Assembly: GCA_003427395.1 (NCBI GenBank)
Contig: BFEA01000006.1
Coordinates: 7,504,213 to 7,562,662, forward strand
DNA length: 58,450 bases
From: Chara braunii
Taxonomy: Eukaryota; Plantae; Charophyceae
Direction: 5' to 3'
Under the pieces are notes generated by a model. The model was not told the DNA's origin. It worked only from the letters and a program-made list of their open reading frames with translations, and ran no database searches. Below are positions 49,816 through 58,450 of this stretch, in pieces. Made by a program: the position numbers and the translations under genes. Numbering within the stretch: the stretch's first letter is position 1; each line of letters begins with the position of its first letter.

Positions 49816-52800
49816 GTCGAGGCTCGAAGGAATTTACATATCTTAGCCAAAAAGATAGAATATACCTCACTAAACCAACCCCGACACTTATCATGAAGGC
49901 GCACAAAAAAACCTATTTAGAACAATCGACGATACCGAAGAGAGTCCTTAAATAAATATCCACCTAGAATAAAACATAAGTAGTCGTTGATAAAACCTTC
50001 AAATTATAACTCAGACACTAACCACTTATAGTTTTTATTATCAAGGAACGACACAATATACATATGCCACACAGGTGGGTACTCCAAACATGAATCCAAA
50101 TACATCACAAACAACGATAAAAAACATGTACTGCTAACAATACTTCATGGCATGATAAACACCAATTATTTGCAAGGGTTGTAGCTGAAGAGCACAATAT
50201 GCTTTATAAACAACAATATAAACCCAACTGAACTGCTAGTCAAATAATATGATAAACAACCTCTTTCATATTTTATAGGGCAAAAATAAGACTAGCAATG
50301 AGTAAATAACATGATACAATTGTCAACCCTTTAATTCTTAAGCGAAGCATTTCATATAGAAGGGCGGTGTAATCCTTATGAGATAACATCTTGACTTTTG
50401 CGCCTCGCGCTAAAGATCAAGCCTCACTGCAACCCTCTCTGATTCCAGCGCTTGCACCTCACTGAACCTAATCATGGTCAGATGGACAACCCCAGTCATA
50501 CCTATTAAGGCAACGAATAGTGAATTCGCGCCCTTACAAATATGATGGCCGTGCTTAATGCGAGACGAGCCTAGGTCGCTGCTCCAGAACCGCTCTCACT
50601 AAGCAGTAGCTATTCCACTTGGCCATCACAGTTTCGGTAAGGTAACGAGCCCCTTCCTCTTCTCTCAACAGAAAATGTAGTTACTCTCCTATCATAGGAA
50701 AGGTAACAACACCCCACTAATGTACCAGGAACATAATTCCGACGTGGGTCTTACTATCATTCTTGAGACTAATAATTGTTTCCTTAAACCTTAACGAGGG
50801 AGTAGCAATTCAAGAATGCACTTCTACTGAGGATGACTATACATGCCGACTTACTCCCTTGAGCTACGTTGCATGGAGTACACGTACGGGGGCTTCCCGT
50901 ACGAAACGTACATGTTATTTCTGTACGGGAACTTGTACGTCTTCTANNNNNNNNNNNNNNNNNNNNNNNNNNNNNNNNNNNNNNNNNNNNNNNNNNNNNN
51001 NNNNNNNNNNNNNNNNNNNNNNNNNNNNNNNNNNNNNNNNNNNNNNNNNNNNNNNNNNNNNNNNNNNNNNNNNNNNNNNNNNNNNNNNNNNNNNNNNNNN
51101 NNNNNNNNNNNNNNNNNNNNNNNNNNNNNNNNNNNNNNNNNNNNNNNNNNNNNNNNNNNNNNNNNNNNNNNNNNNNNNNNNNNNNNNNNNNNNNNNNNNN
51201 NNNNNNNNNNNNNNNNNNNNNNNNNNNNNNNNNNNNNNNNNNNNNNNNNNNNNNNNNNNNNNNNNNNNNNNNNNNNNNNNNNNNNNNNNNTCCGTACTCG
51301 TACGAAGGTGCGTACAAGTGGCAACGTAGCCCTTGAGGAAGAACCACCTTCCCCAGGAATGAGTCATCCCATTCACCTCTGGTCCCATGCCAGATGTGGG
51401 TTTCATGCAAAGTTTATGTCCCCTCTAGAGACAATCCATGCATACGTCGTCAATCAGACATCAAACAAAATACAGAAAAACGCATATATGGCAATAACCA
51501 GATAAAAACCGTTATAAAAATAAATACATATATATATATATATAATATATACTATACATAAGCATAGCTAAGTAACCATTACTTCTCAAACTTTATCGCT
51601 AGTTACATCTATACAATCCCCTAGGTGACTCAATTTTATCGCCAACTGATACCACCGGAGGGTCAAGGCACAATGTTAATTGCACCAGGGTTGTCGAGCC
51701 CCGGCCCCGAGGGCCCGGCGGGGGTCCCGGGGGCCGGGGGTCGGCACCCCTGACCCCGACAAAAAAAGTAAAAAAAAAAAAAAAAAATCCAAAAAAAAAA
51801 ATAAAATAAAAAAAATACAGGGTGATGTGCAACCGCAGCCTGCACCCCCTGGGCCAAACTGCAATATTGCAGTTTTGGCCTGACCTCGGCCGCCCCCCAG
51901 GGCTACACCCCACCCTCGTGAGCCCGGGGTAGTGTGGGCGCGGTGTCGGAGGGCCCGACGTTCTGGTCCTCCTCGGTGTGTTAAATTTGCCACACCAGTC
52001 TGACGTTCTAACCTGCGGGGTAAGACGTACCCCACTAGTCCAATTTGAGGGAACCACGGTGTTGTCCGCTCTGCTGAATGGCAAGACGCTGCGCTGCGGG
52101 TTATCAAACTAATTAGCATGACTTTTCCGTAGTCAATCCTGCCGAGACCCTACCGCTGGATTCTATTTTTATTTCTATTATTATTATTTTATTATTATTA
52201 TCATTTTTTTTGCGAAGGGCTCGATTAGCCTCGACAGCAAATAAAATAAAAATAAATAATACTGCAAGAAAATAATGAGTCGGCCTAAGTGGTGGCGGTA
52301 CTCGCGTTGGCCAGGCCTAGGATCCAAACCGGAGGGTGCATGCCGAGACTGTATTTCTGCAGNCGGGCCTGGAAACCAGTTCCACCAGCGGGACTACCGG
52401 ACCTGGAATCAGCGTCAGCGGTAGTACCGCTGGGCCTGGTCTAATTAGGCAGAACCCTCCTCGGTTCCACGGGCACCGTACGAGTGTGCTCTAGTGCCAA
52501 GCGTCGACGAGCACAGCGGCCAGTTGTCGGCCCAAAGGGACTGCCATCTGGCGGTGACAAGAATGAATTTTATATATGCGTACGTCCCAAGTGTTGACGC
52601 GTGGGACTGTGCTTAGCCGTTACAGGACCTAGGGTTTTGACCTTTTTGCTCAGTTTTGAGACGCATGTAGGGCGACCAGCGAGAACTGGGCGCATAAAGG
52701 CGGGCGACTAGCATGAACGTAGCTCGCTGGTGCTGCCGTGGCTGTGGCAGCCATGAGTGTGCAAACACGGAGGGGCCAGCTCCACTGATCAGTCAATCAA

Positions 52801-55800
52801 GTATTCTGCTGGCCATCCAATCAATTTTTTCTACTGATAGCGGGAACGGCCATTGTCACTGATTGGGCAGCTGAGCTTTCGCCGGTCAACTATTCGAGTA
52901 TTCCCACTCCCCGAGTAAGATCACTAAATTTGCAGGCAAACAGGTACGTGTAACTCTGATAGGAGAGAGAGAGTGCACAGAGTCAGAGAGTGTGAAGGGA
53001 GGGAGTGTGCAGTGAGAGAGAGAGACGTGGAGTGCTTTCCCGTCGAACTACAAACGCCGCCGTGGTAAAACTCGAATATGGAACGAACGGCGCGGTGTTC
53101 GTTTCACGGTATAAATGATTTTTTTCTAATTTTTCTGTTATTTTTCCTGGAACGATCATGAGCAAATATACGGGCCCTCAAATTCTCAGAGTTTTTGACG
53201 CGTTCTTTCGAGCGGGAAAAATCACAGAAGTTGAGGTACTTTTCCCGTTGGCCTGCGAACGCCCCGTGGCAAAACTGGAATATAAAACAAGTCTGCGCGG
53301 CGATAGTTTCATGGTCAAAATGATTTATTTATATTTTTTTGATATTTTTCCTGGAAAGATCACGACCTAATCTACCAGTGGTAAAATTTTCAGAGTATTT
53401 GGTGGATTCCCTTGAGCACGAAAAATCGCCAAAGTCGCCGCCATCCCGCTGATGATGAACANAGTCACTTCCGTTGGTCACGAGAGCACCCATTTTTAGA
53501 GACGAGAGGAATAGCCATCCCGCCATTTTCAGAGGAGAGAGGGATAGCCATCCCGCAGACGGTGAACACAGCCACAGCATGGTGGAGATGTCGTCCCTGC
53601 CATGTCAGCAACTCATGGTTGCTTTTGTTTTCATCCTATTAAGGAGTGGCCTGTCACCGCCCCCCCTGGTGCAGTTCTGGTCCAGTTTGATGAGAGAGTG
53701 AATGAGGGAGGAAAGATGAATGTTAGGGAGACGGGGTATCAAGCAGCAGGCAGTGACCCCAATCATCTGCAGTTGTCAGCTATCATAACCAATTAAGCAC
53801 TATTTGTCCGCAAGATTGAGTAAGGTGCACAAGGTCCTAAATGACTAACTACTTATGGGCTATAAGCCTAAAGGTATTGGATGGGGGGGGGGTCACTAGT
53901 TCGATTGGATATGAAGTGCGCGTGACCAAGACATGTAATGCATCAGTCCACTTAGAGTTCAAGGTGGCGGACATGAGAAAGCCATCATTGATTACCACCG
54001 TTCATTGGCATTGTTGATTGGCAGTGTTGTTTAATGTTGCTGATGTATCCACGAGGAAGGTCATTAATGGTGGTGTTCAAGGTAGTAGAGCCGATAACTA
54101 ATTACTACTTCTGCATTGGAAATCATTCCTATTTCTCTCGCCTGGCAATTGAGTGAGCGGGCAGCAGTACACGATGGGTAAGGAATGCCGCAGGTTATTC
54201 TTCCAGGATCTAGTGGAAGGTTCGTTGTCATCTCCTCATTTGGTGAGAGATTGAGCGGGCTCCATGTAAGCTCGAAAACAGGAGAGTTTGCCCTGATCAA
54301 CACGCATGAACCTGACGATAAATGCGCCCAGATGCGAGTGCTTACAGGCAAGACTTGATGGGCATTTCAACTGTTTGATGATCCATCTCAGGTCATATTT
54401 TGACCAGCTATACTCATGTGTGCGTGTGGGTGTCGTGAAAGAGCAAGAAAGTGCTCTGGTAGATCTGTCAGCCCACAGATAAAGTAAACAGATAAATAAA
54501 TAATGATAATAATAGAAAAGGAGATGAGTNGCATTGACGAAGCAGGCCATATGGCGACAACTGGAAAGATATGTGATCAGCTGTTGGATACGCTCCACTG
54601 ATCGTGAACCTGGACATGCCTAGTCCAATCAAGCGAATACTAAATACCCCCCCACGCAGCACAAATTTCGAAAATGCCATTGAGGGAAGCTCAAATTCCG
54701 AAACTGCCTTCAAGGAAGCGCGGATTCCTAAAATGCCACTGCATTTTGCGCGAATTTCAAAAATGCCCCTCCCTGACACAGCAGGTTGAATACAACCATT
54801 TTCTATGAAACTTCACTACAACTTCGAGGAACATGCTTTCTGGACAACGCATGCTCCTATCACGATCTGGAAGGCTGACAACTACTCTGGTTGGGCATGA
54901 ATTGGGAATGGATTTGGGTGCGAATCGTGATTCAAACAAGTTCAGAAGATTTGTTGAGCCGAACTCACCAAACTGTGCTCACAGGCTCAGACAATGAATT
55001 TCAAAAGGTTTCTACTCAACTTAGGGGATACCTCACATCTAGTGGACCCTTCTCAGTGGTTCTGTTGAGCCAAAGTCAGGGAACTGTATTATGCAAGCTC
55101 AACCTTGATACAACCAGATCGAACTTTGACTCCACATTGCGACTAAGTGGAACTGCAACAGTGGGAGCCGATTCACCGGATGTTGGGGAGGCTGTCTGGG
55201 CGAGATTGCAGACTCAGAGAGACTTGGGGATTCCACAAAGCGGACTTAGTCTCAAGGACGCGGGCGGGGCGTAGTCAGACCCAGCAGAAAAATATAGGCT
55301 CAGATCTCAACAGGCTATACAAACTCGAGAGAGTTCAAACTATACCAAGATACAGACTGGACAAGAGGCAGAGNCAGTGGAAGCTCAGCAAACAACAGAT
55401 AGAGGAACTTCAAACAGCGAGATTTAGTCAGAGTGCTCATCGGTTGATTGCCAGAGTTGTAGACTCGGGGCGCACTGTGATTGACCAAACGGCAAAAGAC
55501 CCAAAAATCTGAGTGTCTGGTTACACGACGGATTGCTCAGATGTAGACTCGAGATATGCAGCTGCAGATTGAGCTCAGAAGCTGACTTGCAGCCACAGTG
55601 CCAGCGCCCAGACCCGGGGACTTTCACCTTTCAGATCGCCGTTTTCAGGTACGGCAAGTTCATGTGTCAGATCAGACAACAGTTTAAAGCTTGCGATCGA
55701 CCATCAACCGTCATTCAATTGCAGCCACGCTGGCTCAGTAAGCAGGAAGCTCAGGGAGAGTGAGCCGCAGACCGCTGTCTCCGCTTCCTAGAATCTCAAA

Positions 55801-57366
55801 ACTGAGTAGGCTTTGGACTCAGCCAACGACGGACTCAAGTCCAAGTCTGTAGTTAGCAGCAGACTCTGGGTTGATTCTGTGGCGAACAACAAGGTCAAAG
55901 TTGGGTCTGTAGCAAACAGCGGATTCAGGATAGCACAGATTTCAGCCATTGAGCAAACTCATGAGAGCTCAAGAGCCAGTATCCTATGGACTCTAGGCAG
56001 TAACAGAAGAGCTGGTGGGAACAAGTGAATCACAACGATTGTCGAGGGGCTGTACTAGGACAGTAGCAACACGAACTGAGACTGCAAACATCCCATTTCA
56101 GCACACACTAGAATACAGCTTGATGTCAGTAAACCAGTTTCCTAGGGAGAACATGTTTCACACCTACTGCTCGTAAAGCCAGTTTCGTTGATAACGCGTG
56201 TCCGGATGCCTGGGTTTGGTACTAAAACAGGGTTGTTTGCAGGTTGTCGGAGCCCCGATCGACCCTCCCGTGGGTGACAGACACGGCGCGAGGTACAGGG
56301 TCCATTCGGCGTACCGGCAGAGCACTTCTACCGGTTGACACCGTGTTGTACAAGAACAGGGGCAGTGCTGAGCTGCACCCTACGTTGACTTTAAACTGGG
56401 GCTGGTCATAGCAGCAAGTTTCTCCTTGAATAGCTTCAAGTTCCGTTTCGAATCTCACTCGAGTTCAGTTGAGGTCTCAGTNTTAAGATCAGTACCGTTG
56501 AAGTTCAGTTCCAACTCCTGCTTTGGGTTCAGTTTCAAGACAAGTTCCAGTTCAGGTTCAGGTTGAGTCTTGGATTCAATACCAAGTTCAGTCCTTTGAG
56601 TTCATGTTCAAATGCAGTTTACTATTTTGAACACAGTTTTGAGTTGCATCGAACTTTAATCTGTTCCCGAGGGGTTAATCAGTGCACAGCGGACACACTC
56701 CGTTCCCATGAAGCGGGGCAGGCAAGCTCGATCAGTTTGTATATCTTACATAAGCAACTTTTACTACGAGTCTTAGTAAAATACCAGATCTGTTTCGGGT
56801 CAGGCCTCAGCGGAATCTCGTATACATTTACAGGTCAAATTTCGACTAGATCTCATGGCAGTTTCCGCATAAGATTTCGGCAAGATTTTAAAGCAGTTTT
56901 CAGGTCAGTGCTCAGTTCAGTCCTTGCTGAGCTCAATGTGGACTCGGTGTAATCAGTTCAGTCTTTCAGTAATTTCAGTTCAGACTCAGTGAACTTGGTT
57001 GTCTCGATAAGTACAGTTCAGCCTCAGAACTAAGATCCAAGTTCTTCACAAGAGTTCCAGTTCTATTCTCAGTATTATATCAGCGAATTCATCTCACTTT
57101 CAATAAGCTCAATTTGGTGGACCTAATCTCCACAAGTTCATATCAGTTTTCAGTGTATTCAATAAACTCTGACCGGACTCAATGATTCCAGTTTCATCTC
57201 AGAAGGTTCAGTTCAACTTGAGTGAGTTCATTTCAGATTCCGAGAAAACAGTTCGGTCTCAGTCAATTCATATCAGATTCAATGAATTCAATTTTGATCT
57301 TAGTAAGCTCGGATTGGCTTCAATCAACTCAGTCTCTGTAAGTTAAGTGCAGCATCAGTGGACTCG

Positions 57367-57520
57367 GATCAGTTTCAGTGAGTTCATTTCATATTAAAAA
57401 AAAATCAGATCAGTTTCAGTGAGTTCATTTCAGATTCAAAGAAATCAGATCAGTTTCAGTGATTTCATTTCAGATTCAGAGAAATCAGATCAATTTCAGC
57501 AAGTTCACTTTGGATTCAGT
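57367..57520. repeat. ~40-bp tandem repeat (~4 units) within a TTCAG-rich degenerate region (56420-57730)
   Basis: gatcagtttcagtgagttcatttcagattcaaagaaatca repeated. Confidence 0.85.
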
Positions 57521-57757
57521 GAAGTCAGCCTGATTTTTCTTCAAGTTCAGTTCGATTTCAGTAAGTTCAGTTCAGGTATGATTTCAGTTATTTGAGTGCT
57601 GCTTTCAGGGAAAGCATCAATTCAGTTCTCAGTTTGGTCTCAGTGGCCCCAATTCCAGTGAGTTCAATTCTCAGTCTCAGTGAGTTCAGATTAAGTTGAA
57701 CTCTATCGATGATCTCAGTTTGCTCTCAGTGGGTCCCATTCTCAGGGGACATGACGA

Positions 57758-58115
57758 TGGTCACAGCGGACAGTTCCGGTGACAACAGCGGCAATGCTGG
57801 CCATAGCGGGAAGTCCCGGTGGTAGCAGCGACGACGCTGGTCACAGCGGACAGTTCCGGTGACAGCAGCGGCAGTGCTGGCCATAGCGGNCACAGCGGAC
57901 AGTTCCGGTGACAGCAGCGGCAGTGCTGGCCATAGCGGGAAGTCCCGGTGGTAGCAGCGACGACGCTGGTCACAGCGGACAGTTCTAGTGACAGCAGCGG
58001 CCGTGCTGGCCATGACGGGAGGTCCCGGTGGTAGCAGCGACGATGCGGGTCATAACAGGCAGTCTCGGTAACAACAGCAGTAGCGTTGGTCATAGCGGGC
58101 TATCCTGGTGACAAC
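57758..58115. repeat. GC-rich minisatellite, 40-bp monomers in 80-bp dimers
   Basis: tggtcacagcggacagttccggtgacagcagcggcagtgc alternates with tggccatagcgggaagtcccggtggtagcagcgacgacgc. Confidence 0.92.
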
Positions 58116-58450
58116 GGCAACAATTATGTCACAATAAGTGTTCTTGGTGACATCAGTGCTCAGCAAGACTGATCAGATGATAAGTGAGCAGTTTTAGAAT
58201 CAGCAAGTATTTGAGTACGGCAGACTCAAGGCAAGTTTTTTTTAGCACGACAAATATGTTGGGAAGCAGACTAAGGACTTGAGCACAATCGTGAAGTGCA
58301 AGCTGCAATAGACCTCCTCTTGAGTACCAGTCAGCATCAAGCGGAACCGCTTAAGGACCACTTGACATCATATTAACCATTGTCTGATATCTGAGTGTGA
58401 TATCATCTTCAGGGAGAAGAGAGAGAGCTGACTATAGTGACAATGGTTCT

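Larger units (their letters stand above)
46562..50946 (-). mobile_element. Internal region of element D (gag only, no pol detected); far boundary lost at or near the gap
   Basis: 46562-48140 is homologous to 8293-9993; the gag remnant lies further right; N-gap 50947-51290. Confidence 0.65.

Noticed and set aside
51686-52460. hAT-like CAGGG end, GC-rich subterminal repeats and a palindrome at 51853-51880
   Set aside because: No matching second TIR or 8-bp TSD found.
54600-54773. MULE-like terminal sequence with aaatgcc repeats
   Set aside because: No partner TIR or TSD identified in the window.
54774-56417. Possible LTR of another family (TG at 54774, ...catagcagCA at 56417)
   Set aside because: Single copy with no PBS, TSD or coding support in the window.

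Overview
This is a eukaryotic, repeat-saturated scaffold segment with four N-gaps and no recognisable host gene. The Gypsy-type protein remnants are reminiscent of a charophyte alga such as Chara, but that is inference only. About half of the window is copies of one family of giant (~6.8-7.4 kb) TGTCG...CGACA-bounded LTR-like repeats: A 9994-~16186 (+, 3'-truncated), B 19044-27477 (+, solo), C 30223-37322 (+, solo) and D 39146-46561 (-), plus a divergent relative Z ending at 8292. A and D adjoin the same ~1.7 kb internal region, and D continues into a decayed gag with a CCHC knuckle and no detectable pol. Insertions sit at 4-bp RCGY sites. The most striking signal lies inside the LTRs. Downstream of a conserved splice-donor-like site there is an array of 7-11 short hairpins with covarying stems and a shared YAAGNY apical hexaloop, then an array of 3-5 long G-U-rich hairpins at ~120-bp spacing. 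The opposite strand carries a conserved TATA box and many 5' splice-site motifs. Also present are CACTA, hAT and Tc1/mariner non-autonomous elements, an 81-bp satellite, a Gypsy integrase remnant followed by a second capsid-like ORF, and several mini- and microsatellites. All alignments and folds were done by eye.
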